Source: Epiperipatus broadwayi (taxonomy: Eukaryota > Animalia > Onychophora). From it: a DNA stretch of 64,000 bases. The notes beneath the pieces are model-generated. The model saw only the letters and a program-made list of their open reading frames with translations. It was not told where the DNA came from and ran no database searches. A program made the translations under genes and the position numbers. Positions 12,977 to 24,800 of this stretch are shown here, one piece after another. Positions within the stretch are counted from its first letter, which is position 1. Every line of letters begins with the position of its first letter. The stretch covers positions 26,164,001-26,228,000 of the forward strand of contig JAQFVV010000002.1 in NCBI GenBank assembly GCA_028023455.1, read 5' to 3'.

Positions 12977-14676
12977 TATTGGATGAGTAGGCATTAGATA
13001 GGGATTTTATGCACAAGCCTTCTGGCATCCATTGATTACTCTGTTTAGCACAGGTGGCAATACTGTATGGAGAGTTTTGCTCTGTTTATCAATTAATGTG
13101 CTAGTATAGGAAATGTGATGCTTAATGGTATAACATTTATTGTTAATAACTGTTATCTATGTTTTTCATTTCTCCAATAGTTAAAACTTGGATATGTTTT
13201 ACGAAAAATTTCTTAAAATTTTTTCAATTTTTAAAAAAAAAGTTTGAAAATTTTTAACATTGTAATCTTTTCAAATATTGAATGAATTCCATTTCTGATA
13301 TGTACACTATGCATTTTTATCGTAGATAACTTTAGTAGTGTTAGTTGCATATATGTACTACTCTATGAAACTATCAATCATACCAAACTAATTGATATTT
13401 CTTTAATATATATTTGAAGTCATTTAATTAGAAAACAAACCTGGAAATCTCTTTAGTAAACAAATAATGATTGAAAAATGATACTTTCAACAAGGATATG
13501 CAAATGATTGACCCAGACATTTGAGAAATTTTATTAGCAATCGTAAAAAATAGCTTAATTTTCAAATACTATACATCAGTATTTAATACCAGCACAGAAA
13601 TTTGTCAACTGTCAATTTAAAACGTATGCGCCATGGACACTTCTGTGGCTTTTTGTAGGCAATTATTTTTGCTGTTTATTTTCAATATATTTATTGTATG
13701 CAATATTTGAAACCAGTACATAGTATTTGTATAACAAATTTAAATTGTATTGAATTATATAACTAATGATTATCAATAAGTTTCATTTTTTTAAATATCA
13801 TAAATCAATATTTTTTAAAAAATTCCTTTTATAAACATGGAAGTATTAGTTCATTTTTATTGAATTCCGTCAAATTATCATTGTCATTTAATACTGGCAT
13901 GTAGTAAATGTGTAATTTTTATAAATCGTAATAAAGGTTAAACGAAGGTAAAGCAAAAAAAAAGAAAATAATGGAAAATCTGAAAGTAAAAATAATCGCA
14001 AACAAATATTTTCACTAAGTATCATGAAATTACATTAGCATTTGCTATCATTAATTTAATTTCTTATATGACGTTTCTAAATGAAGTTATGCTAATATTT
14101 TCGATCATATATTATTTTCATGTTTTTTTGCTTTGTCTTCATTTAAGCAGTTTATCATGATCACTAATAAAATTTCTTAAGAGTATTAAATCAAACTTTT
14201 TGAAATATTTTTCATATTTTAGTTATATTAGAGGGCAGCCTCCTCTTAACATGATCACCTGACACTATGTGAAAGATAAATATATTAACCAGAATATCAG
14301 TTGGTCAGTACATCTCTACATATATGTAAAGTGTCAGAATATATTAAGATAGAAATTCCCTACTTTAATGGACAGTCAATCACTCCACCTAACTCTCACG
14401 TCCATCCAATTGAAAATCTGATGATGGAACACTCAAGGACTGAGGCGAGATTTTGTCACACATGTGAAAGTCAATCTGCCTCATGCAGGCATAATCCATT
14501 AAATAATATAAAGGGATAGGCAGACTCTCTAATGTAATAGCTGAAATACACAGGTTATATATATTTTATATGTAATAGACAGGGTATGAGCACAGATTTC
14601 ACATGACCCACCACTCTCCACACTATCTCATAACACTGATACACTGAACACACATATGTTGAAAAGATAAATAATC

Positions 14677-14719
14677 ACCAATATACGTATTTCATGCTAA
14701 ACAGCAATCATCAGTTGGT
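14677..14719 (-). ncRNA. Minimal type I hammerhead ribozyme (family E left arm)
   Basis: accaa-CTGATGA-t-tgct-gttt-agca-t-GAAA-tacgta-T-A-ttggt. Confidence 0.8.
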
Positions 14720-14967
14720 CCAGATTGACCATCTCCGACACATATATGCTACAAGTGCTCAGATATATTAAGATACAAATGGGTGTGACAATAATCTCGG
14801 CCTCAGGGTGGCCTTTGAGTGTTCCATCATCAGATTTTCAATTGGATGGACGGTTGAAGAGTTGGAGTGTGGAGTGGATTGAAGCCTGTCCATTAAAGTA
14901 GGAGAATTTGCTATCTTAATATATATCTGAGCACTTGTAGCATATATGTGTAGAGATGGTAATCTGG

Positions 14968-15011
14968 ACCAACTGATGATTGCTGGTTTAGCATGAAATA
15001 CGTATATTGGT
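14968..15011 (+). ncRNA. Minimal type I hammerhead ribozyme (family E right arm)
   Basis: accaa-CTGATGA-t-tgct-ggttt-agca-t-GAAA-tacgta-T-A-ttggt. Stem I is a perfect 5 bp. Stem III is the palindrome ATACGTAT. Confidence 0.8.
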
Positions 15012-17219
15012 GATTATTTATCTTTTCAACATATGTGTTCAGGTGTATCAGTGTTATGAGATAGTGTGGAGAGTGGTGGGTTGTGTGAAAGTCTGTGCTC
15101 ATACCCTGTCTATTACATATATAGATAGGTATATATAAGCTGTGTATTTCAGCTATTAATATTAGAGATGTTGCTATCCTTGTATATGTATTTAATGGAT
15201 TATGTTGTAATGAGGGGTCAGATTGTTAGTCAACATGGGTGTGACAATAATCTCGGCTCAGGTGGTTTGAGTGTTATCATCAGATTTCAATTGGATGGAG
15301 GTGAAGAGTTGTAGGTGGAGTGGATTGAAGTGTCATTAAAGTAGGAGAATTTGTATCTAATATATATCTGAATTGTAGATATATGTGTAGAGATGAATCT
15401 GGAAACTGATGTGTGGTTAGAAAAGATATTGGTGATTATTTATTTTAACATGTGTGTAGGTAATGATGAGATAGGTGGAGAGTGGTGGGGAATTGTTTTT
15501 ATTAATTATTCATTAGATATTATTTTCATGTTTTTGATTTTTCAGCAAATTGATTTATCTATTTTGGTATGTGGTTCCATCAATGGATAATATATATACA
15601 TAATTAGCACCGTTTTAACTTTCTCAAATAGGTATTTCCTATTGCTGCCTAAGCATTTAATTACTGAAATATATATTGTGATTATTTTATCTTTGAATAG
15701 TATTAGGGGGGGGGGGCATTAATTTCTTTGCAGAGATCTACTGGAGTGTAAATTTAATTTACAAGTTATGAATAGACATGCTTTATTTAATAATTTATTA
15801 TTAAATGCTATCACAATAATTTATTCAAGACTGATTTTATAATCTTCATGTCTGAAAGCCTCCATCACTGTGGCAAACTAGCATTTACCAATGTTACAAT
15901 TTAAAGTTTTACATCCTGTTATAGTACTCTTAGTATTTTTTTTTTATTTCTCTAGCAAGCTGAAGATATGAAAGTTAAAAACTTCATGCACAAGTTTAAC
16001 TAACCTGTAACTAGTTCAATCTTAGATAGTTTTTCAAGATTGTGCAAGACTTTCTTGAAGTAGGGTTATTCTGTCTGCCTTCTTGAGTAGTAATCATTTA
16101 AGTCATGATAGACTCTCATATTAATAACTTCATTCATTATTCTTATAATATCAGTAGTTTACTTTTTTAACAATGGTCAAGTAGATGTACTCAATATTTT
16201 ATTGGGTATTTTAATTTGCATAGTTTTCCCTTTTTTATAATTAACTAGAATGCAAATACAGTATATATAAAGCCAGAGTCAGTCTTCAATTTTTCTGGAG
16301 TATTGAGTATTTTATAATTTTATCAGATGGTCCATTTAACTATTTAATGACATCCAACTTTTAGAGCTTCATTTTTATTATTATTACATAGAATTACTAG
16401 GAATTTTGCTTAATATCATTGTTCCATGTGAACTATATTACAAATAGATAACGATCTGTACTGATGCATTTATAAGTGTAATTTTCTATTTTAAAAGATT
16501 CATTTTATTAAAAAATTGCATATTTTTAAATGAACCAGAAGTGAGTTCATTGCCAATTCTCTCAGATTTCTATTTCATCCTATTTTTGTTTCTGAAAAAT
16601 ATTATCCAAGCTACTTTTTTGACAAAAAAAATGTCCAGATGTTGGTCTAAAAAATTCTTTTTGAATCATTAAAAAATTTAATTGTCATGGAAATTGTGAT
16701 GAACCATAATAGTAAATTACAGTACTCTCAATTTATTACTAATTCACTAAATTTGAAGTTAACTTTTGGTTGATTTGGTATTCTAGACGTTAGTTGCATG
16801 TATTTTTCTGATCAATTCATGTATTCAGTGGCATAAAGCATCAATATATATCAGAACGATTAAAATGTTGTAACGAATATAACCAAATTAAATAGTGAAA
16901 CATAAAATTAACAAAAATATAAAACTTGATGTTACATGAATCTTCAAAACAATAGGTGATACGCCTTTGAAATTGATTTTTTAGACTTCTTAGGAGTGCC
17001 AGCCACTTTTTGATAGTTGTGATTTGGTCATTGATGTTTTAAAGACTCTTGGGAAATCTGTATAACAATTAATTTTTGATTATAAACAAAATAGTTGATG
17101 ATTGCTACTGATATATATTTTTCCTCATATTAGTTTTTCTGCAATAAATCTTGTTGGGGCAATTATCTTTTTCTTGCCATAGATACTCAGCTTGAATATA
17201 GGACAAGTAATATATTCCT

Positions 17220-17316
17220 CAGTAATGAATTTCAGGATGTATTTACAAACACAGTATTTTTAGTATATTCTTCAGCAATGAACTTTAGGATGTATTTACA
17301 AACACAGTATTTTTAG
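17220..17316. repeat. ~56-bp tandem duplication
   Basis: CAGTAATGAATTTCAGGATGTATTTACAAACACAGTATTTTTAGT is repeated as CAGCAATGAACTTTAGGATGTATTTACAAACACAGTATTTTTAGT. Confidence 0.8.
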
Positions 17317-17987
17317 TTTTGTTAATAAATAATTGAATTTTAGTGATTGATTGCTGACTCTCAAATCAAGAATAACGTTGACTGTAAAAAAAAAAAAAAT
17401 TATATGCAGAGTTCTGACAGCAAATGTTGGATTCAGTAAACAATGGTAGTCAATTTCAATTTTAGATTGTGGAATCCAAAAAGTGATTTAAGTGAGAATT
17501 TAAAAACTAAATTCTAATCAATCAAGTCCTCTATTCTTCTTTTACAAAATCTGCTCTTTGATATGCTGTCCTTCATAGCTAAATGATATTATTATAACTT
17601 TTAAACTTTAATCATGTATGTTGTTTTATTGAAGGTTGACATAGCTACTTAGCAATAGTGTACAACCAAATGATAACCTTTTACCGAAAGTAATTGATAT
17701 TGCTGACAACTATTTTAGAACAATTTATTCTAATAATTCAATATTTAAAGCTACACTGTAAATTTTAAAAAGTTATTTACATCATTAGGAGTCCAATATA
17801 TTATTCCAAACCATCATAACGAACTTTATTTATACAATTTTTTAAATTTCTTCTGAACCGTTTCAAAATATTACTAATTTCCTTTAACAAATATTTTTTA
17901 CTGTCTTTTCAATACATGTCTAATAAACCTACAACTTATCTATCAGTTTACCTACTTCACTTTTTCTTCAAAACATATATCTTAAAA

Positions 17988-18279
17988 TACTTAAGTGTTT
18001 TTCTGAAGGTTTGTGATGATGGTGTTCTAGCAGTATTTTATATTGGACTATTTCCATCATCTAATATGTGTGTTGAATGTCTTTAGAAAAGTTTAATTTT
18101 AGTTAAATATTCCAAATGCATTCAACTATTAGTAATATCACAGCAAACAGGTACTAACCTGTTTGCTATGATATTACTAACAGGTGAATGCATTTGGAAT
18201 ATTTAACTAAAATTAAACTTTTCTAAAGACATTCAACACACATATTAGATGATGGAAATAGTCCAATATAAAAATACAG
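17988..18279. mobile_element. Fold-back insertion, family A, shallow copy
   Basis: Arms ~18033-18152 and ~18157-18277 with a 4-nt loop (ACTA). 13-bp TSD ATATATCTTAAAA at 17975-17987 and 18280-18292. 45-nt left tail matches the reverse of the 1084-1116 tail. Confidence 0.85.
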
Positions 18280-19439
18280 ATATATCTTAAAAGTCTTATT
18301 ATCCAAGTTTTTTCCTACATAAATCTACTTACGCTAAACAAAAAATTTAGTGTTATTTAATCCCAGTGATAACGCATAATTCATGCATCAGGAAATACTA
18401 TTCAGGCACCCCTTAACATGCAATTAATGTATTCCTTAAACTTTTAAATAATTTAATAGCTGTCTATTACATGGTACCATATTTAAAACATTTTTATAAA
18501 ATGTAAACTGACATGTATCTATACTAACAGAATTTAAATAATACTCTGCAATTTTTCTTGAATGAATTGGAAACAGATTATGTAATTTATCCTTTAGCAT
18601 ATTTTTCAAAAAATTAAAGTTTTATATTTGGAAAAATATTACACATTTTTTAAAAAACTGTTCCATAAAACTTTGCCATTGAGAATCCGCTAACTAGGTA
18701 GATTCAATCACTGGAACCAAAATATAAAACTGTCTAGCACATAGTTAAACTTCAAAGCTTAAAATCATTTTAGCTATTATTCATTTATTATTGGAAATAA
18801 AGGATGATTATACTATATATGGAAACTATTAATAAATATATTCATTGAATAGTATTGTTCTTGACAAAATATCATGTAATTCCAATGATTGCATATTTAG
18901 TTTAAAATCTGAGGAATACTGCAGTGTCTTATTGATAAGCAACTTTTCTTTAATCTGATTTTTTAATTTGAATTCACGTCCAGACATCATTACTTATTAA
19001 TAAAATCATTTCTTCTACATTGCATTCTGCCAAGTATTCATTTATCTAAAAAACACATACTTGTAATGAATAATCATTTATAATTACAAATATTTTTTTC
19101 CCTTTTTTTAAGGGTATTAAAATTTCAAATAATTGCAATTATCATCAATAATGCATAATAGAACAGATGAAATATAAAGATCCAATTAGATATATAGAGT
19201 GGTTTCAAGCTAAACATGGAAGAAAAATGTGGATCTTGACCAAAATTAAAAAAGTAAAGAAATTATGAGCTATGATTGTGATGGTGATGTTCATTATAAA
19301 TAGTGAGGCAAATATAAGAGTAAATACGCAAAATTTAAATATACCATCTGAATAAATCTAGGAATTTAAATAATAACCATTTATTTTTATTTATTACTTT
19401 ACTTAATTAAATTATGAATACTCCATGCTTTTATTTCGA

Positions 19440-20640
19440 ATTATGTATAACTTCCAAAATTGTGATTGAAGAAAACAAATTTTTACAGATCACTGACAGC
19501 CATGACTAAACAAATCCAAGACTCAATTCTGGAATCCACAAAGAGAATCACCAAATCATTATCCAACGTCTACCTCTTGCTTCAGGGAAAGATAGTTTTG
19601 TTGAATATGAAAATTTTCACCAAAATAACTTATTTCCTACCCGTGATAAAATTAACCAGATCATTTGAAAATAAAATAAATTCTATCTGCTCAAAGCTTC
19701 TCTGGGGTGGGAAAGTCATCGCCATAAACTTAAAAAAGATGCAACGGCCTCGCAAGCTTAATGGCATAAACCTTCATTCATTATCAGCTTTCTATGTTTA
19801 GAGGGCACATAAACAGTTTGGCACTATCTTTCGTTTATCAGGAAATCACAAGAAGGATTGGATCTCAATGCTGGTTAATTCCCTGAGAAAGCTGACACAT
19901 CCGACTAAATTATCATTTGATCAAAAACTCAAAGTATGGGAAGCATATCACCTGATTAACCCAGAATTACAAATTATTCATAGCAAATTAAATATAACAA
20001 ATCAAAAGTTGATATCGAATTCTAGGTTTTGGGGTCTTGAGCCCAAATATCTGGACTTTACTATCAAATATAATGTGGGTTCGTTGCCCACAAAATGGTT
20101 TCTAATACATAAGAGAGGTTTCACTAAGCTTGAACCTATTTGTCAATTGTGTAAACATAGTGAAGAAACTATACATCATCTAATTGACAATTTCATCAGA
20201 CTAACAAAAATAAGGAAAATAATCGGCGATCACTCAAAAATTGTTCTACATGTAATCACCTCCATCGAGGACTGTGTGAACTCCAGGTCTTACTCAAGGA
20301 TTAGAATTTCAATATTTACAGTAAACGCAATGTGGGCTGTTCGCTGTAAATTGGTCTTTGGGGTATCAGAACAAGAAGAGGAGCTCTTCTTTCTCAGAAC
20401 AATGTATAAAATCAAAACAAGAGATGACCTTCGCTCCTCCAAGAAATTATTTGAAGACACTTGATCCCTTTTTGACGTTCCCAATTTAGACTAATCAAGA
20501 GTGGACAAAGTGATATCACAGCTCAAATGTTCATAACTCATTATCAATGTCTGTAAATTTACTTTTTTTTCACACTTGTATTTCAGTGTTGAATCCTACT
20601 GTTACTAGATTTTTTTCACAATAAAAATTATATTTTAAAC
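19440..20640 (+). mobile_element. 5'-truncated L1/Tx1-like LINE 3' end
   Basis: ORFs 19466-19801 (NSICSKLLWGGK..MQRPRKLNGINL) and 19868-20464 (LPTK..ICQLCKHSEETIHHL). AATAAA and an A-rich end at ~20620-20660. Confidence 0.8.
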
Positions 20641-21899
20641 TTTTTTTAAAAAAAAAAACAATTTTTTTTTTTGGTTTTTTAGTGTATTACTCACCGATGT
20701 AAAACATTTTTTATCCAATATTTTATAATATATTATTTTTTAGTATTCGAATATTTTGTAACTGACTCTTTGGTAACTATTCATACTCAAATTTAAAAAC
20801 TGAGAATGAAAACAATGTTGCTGTATTTCCAGTATTTGAAATAAAATTTGCATACATCAAAAATGAGGATAGCAATTTTAAAAAGTTTAAGATAAACAAT
20901 CAAGAGAATTTAAAATATCATCCTACATTTCTTTTTTTTTTTCTATTTTAATTAAATATAAATGCTTTTTAGTGAAAAAATATACCTGTTTTTATTGCGC
21001 ATCACTAAAACCTTTCTGAACCAATTTCAGTGTGATTTGAAATGTGGCCTGCTAACACTGTTAGGCTGGATAACCCTGAAATATTACGATGTCATTAATA
21101 GTTCATGTGTCCAAAATTTGAAGAAAAATCTACTAAAAATTGATTATAAAGTTTGAGGCAAATAAATAAATAAACAGAATTTTTAAAATTCATTTTTAAA
21201 AAGATGCTGAAAAGAATTCATTTATCACTTAAATATTTTATACTGCAAACATAAAAAATCTAATATCGTACACTGGAAATAAGTTTTAATTTCTATGTGA
21301 AGTTAAACAATATAGCAATATGCTATTGTTTTTTAAACTATTTTTTTTCAGTCAATGTATATATAAAACATCACATTAATGCTTTTCTTTTCTCATAAAA
21401 CCCACCAATAAGATATATCTATCTTATGTATATTTTCTGCCTAAAAGCAGATCAAAATGGGTAATAACTTGCCTGCTATAACCAATCAAATATTAACCAG
21501 CTCCTAATACATTTTAATCAAAAAATTTCAAGGAATAATATATGTTAATGAAGTTTAATGTTTACAGGCAGAAAATATGAATCACAAGAATTAAAATATT
21601 TACTAATTTAAAAAATTTTAATTATTAAAATAATTATAAAATCAAATTCTTTTAACAGATATTCTAATCGTAAAGTATTTAAATGAAAAAAGTCAATACC
21701 TACAAAATTTTACATATATAAAAAAAGACTTTTGCAAGAAATTTTTTTAATTTCTTTTGATTCTATACAATAATTATATATACTGATATTTTATTGTTTC
21801 AATTTAAACTAGTTATGATTGGAACAGGATTCAAAATTTACGCCGAAGTGCATTTTTTTGACATATTTTTAGTATCGTTTAAAATTTTAATTCAATAAA

Positions 21900-24800
21900 T
21901 ATTTTGATTCATTTAGATTACACATATATATGCTTATATTAATTATTATAAATCACTTTATATTCTGCATTGTTGAAACTCTTATTTGTTGGGTTATTTC
22001 TATTGATTTTAATTAATATTTATAGCACTTTATTTTTACATACATTTTGATATTTATTATCTGCTTTCTTTGATTTTGAAACTGGGTCAACAAATGTTCT
22101 TGCTTTTATCATTTATTTTCTAACAGTCCCTTTATAAATCGTCAATAGAAGTTTCATTATATTATTTTTCTTCCATCTTTGTTAGTTGCATTACGTATAT
22201 TTTAATTTAGAATTCTTTTTTAATGCACCAAAAGTTGACTTATTAATTTTTATATTAGCATTTTTAATTAATCTTTCAACACTTTTTTAAAAATATTTGA
22301 TAACGATTTGCTACATAATAAAAATTTTACATTCTGATCTCTACAATTTTATTGGTGAATGTATGTACATACATAAGTAAAATATATAAAACGTTTTTAA
22401 TCACTGCTATATTATTTTATAAAAATGTTAATATTTATGTCAAATGGTTTTAATAATAAATAAAAATCATTTTTTGGACAATATTTACATTTTTTTAATG
22501 TTTGTTTTATTTTTAATTATAGATTCAGTTTAATTTAAAAATATTTTTACTATCAATAAGTATTTCCACAATAATGTTAAATATTACAAATACTGCCAAT
22601 AAAGACAATCGATAATCAATATCAGTGTAATATTTTACAATAGAATTTGATAAGAGATTTTTTTTTTTAAAAAAAACATCTTTAATTAAATCCAGGATAA
22701 AACAAAATTAAATACAATATTTAAATAATAGTTCTTTATTTTTAAAAATTAGATCTATATATTTAACAAGTGGCAATTTCAAATAACTTTTAGACAACAA
22801 TATGTAAAAAAAAAATAATAATAATAATATGGAAGTTAATTACAAATTTTAAAAAATTAGAAGTAAAAATTAGTTAAAAGAATTGTATTTTTAATTTTTA
22901 AGTAAATATTTTTTTATAAATTAAATCTGTAAATAAAATTTAAAAAAATATATTTGAATGACAATAACACAATATTATATTAATGCTTTAAAATGTAATT
23001 AATTTAATGACTATTAATATTATAACATCTATATCTAAATTAATTTTTATTTATAAATCCTTACATTAAAGCATTAGAGTTAAATATTATTAATATTTTT
23101 TTTGTTACATACAATTCTTCTCACCCTCTAAAAAAAAAAAAATATTAAAATAATTATCACAAAATAATGTTGATCATTATTAAACAAAATAACTTTATTT
23201 TATAATAAAAATTACAAAAAAAAAAAAATTATATATATATACGCAAGTACATCCTGCTCACACATAAAGCTATTAAACTGAAGGGGTTTAACAATTATTG
23301 AGTTATAAAACTACATCAGTAAATATATTTTTAATTTAAAAATTAAAATGTATTTAAGGAAAAAGAAATGCCCTAGTTAGATGCAAAGATCAAAATGATC
23401 ATTTAACATAGGCTTGTCACTATTTTTAACTGCCACCATTATTAAAAAAGTAACATTTACAGTGGGATATAAATGAAAAAAAACTATCTTCTTTTAATGT
23501 CTGTGCAACCATTCTGAATAAGTATTAAGATATATATTTACATATAAGTAATAAATGTCAGAATGTCATTTTAGGCAACAGAATAAATAAAGATATTAAA
23601 AACAATTCCTGAAATAATATAAAATACATAAAAAAGAAAAAAAAGAAAAAGCAGATTCTAAAATCATTGTTATTCATTTATATTTAAAATTATTTTTTTT
23701 TAAAAATTCTTTACTATTTTTAGTAAACACATCCATCCATACATAGAGAACATAAGTGACAAACAAAATTTTTTTTACGAAGATAATTACAGTATTAATC
23801 TATATATTTCAATACTGTACAACCCTCTTTCAAGGAAAGACAGATAACTTATTTGAAATAAAGTAATATTTTAGGTATTATAATTTTTTCATAATTGTAA
23901 TAAAGAAATTTTAATCATAAAACAACTTAATATAAGTTGTAAAAACATTATTTACAAAGTTAATAAAATACAACACAAAGAAATTAAGTGATGATTTTAT
24001 ATTCAAACAACTGAGACTTTAGTTGACATATTTATTTATGTATATCTAAGAGTGCATGTATACATAAGGTATATAGGAGTACACAACTCTATTTTCAAAT
24101 TAGTAGTTTAGAAATTGTTGCCATAATTTAATTGAACATAACTGAAATTTGTTAAACAAGTATATGGAAGGATATAATCTACACTTGCAGCGAATGATGA
24201 CTACATAATTTTAAAAATGCATATATGGGTCATAATCTTTTTAAACTGTAATTTAATTCACTGTTTTAAAAATTAACAGCATAACATAAATGATTCACTG
24301 TACTACATTTCAATCTATTAATTCAAACTTTATTATTGTTAAAATAACATTTTGTTCTTTTCTTTAAAATCATCTGTTTAGTAAAACGATTTTTTATTTT
24401 AAAAAAGATTATTGTTAAACTGTTCTTTTAATTGTTGTTATTAAAGTAAGGATTTTCAAGGATCACTTAATGTTCTGAGAAGTCTATTTCAGAAATATAT
24501 GGACATTTTTTCTTTACTCTCTATTAACTTAAATAGAATTTAAAAATGTAAAATAAAACAGGACAAAAGCCTCTCCAACAGTGACTCAATATGAAATAGT
24601 CAAGCCAAAAACATTTCTCATTACATTTGCCATCTGCTTGGGAGTTAGGGTTTCAGCATTTTTCCAACAAAGTTTACACTCTATCTCAGAATAACTAGAT
24701 ATACTTAATATTTTACTTACATCTTAATGATGTAAATGCTTCATTAAAGTTTATATTTAGATGTAACTTTAAGATGTTAAAATAAGATGTATTCAAAGGA

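Larger units (their letters stand above)
12746..13128. mobile_element. Fold-back insertion, family B, with two minimal hammerheads
   Basis: Near-perfect ~165-bp arms and a ~14-nt loop. 13-bp TSD TATAACATTTATT at 12733-12745 and 13129-13141. 41-nt right tail. Confidence 0.9.
14230..15490. mobile_element. Large family E fold-back built from a ~460-bp tandem unit (retrozyme/pLTR-like)
   Basis: Core arms ~14490-14775 and ~14912-15210. The unit starting GGGTGTGACAATAATCTCGG occurs at ~14779 and again at ~15236. Mirrored degraded unit at 14230-14500. Confidence 0.8.

Noticed and set aside
14420-14470. Second, opposite-polarity hammerhead in family E (CTGATGATGG..., also 14785-14832 reverse)
   Set aside because: CTGATGA is present, but GAAA is replaced by GAGA and no stem I pairing can be formed.
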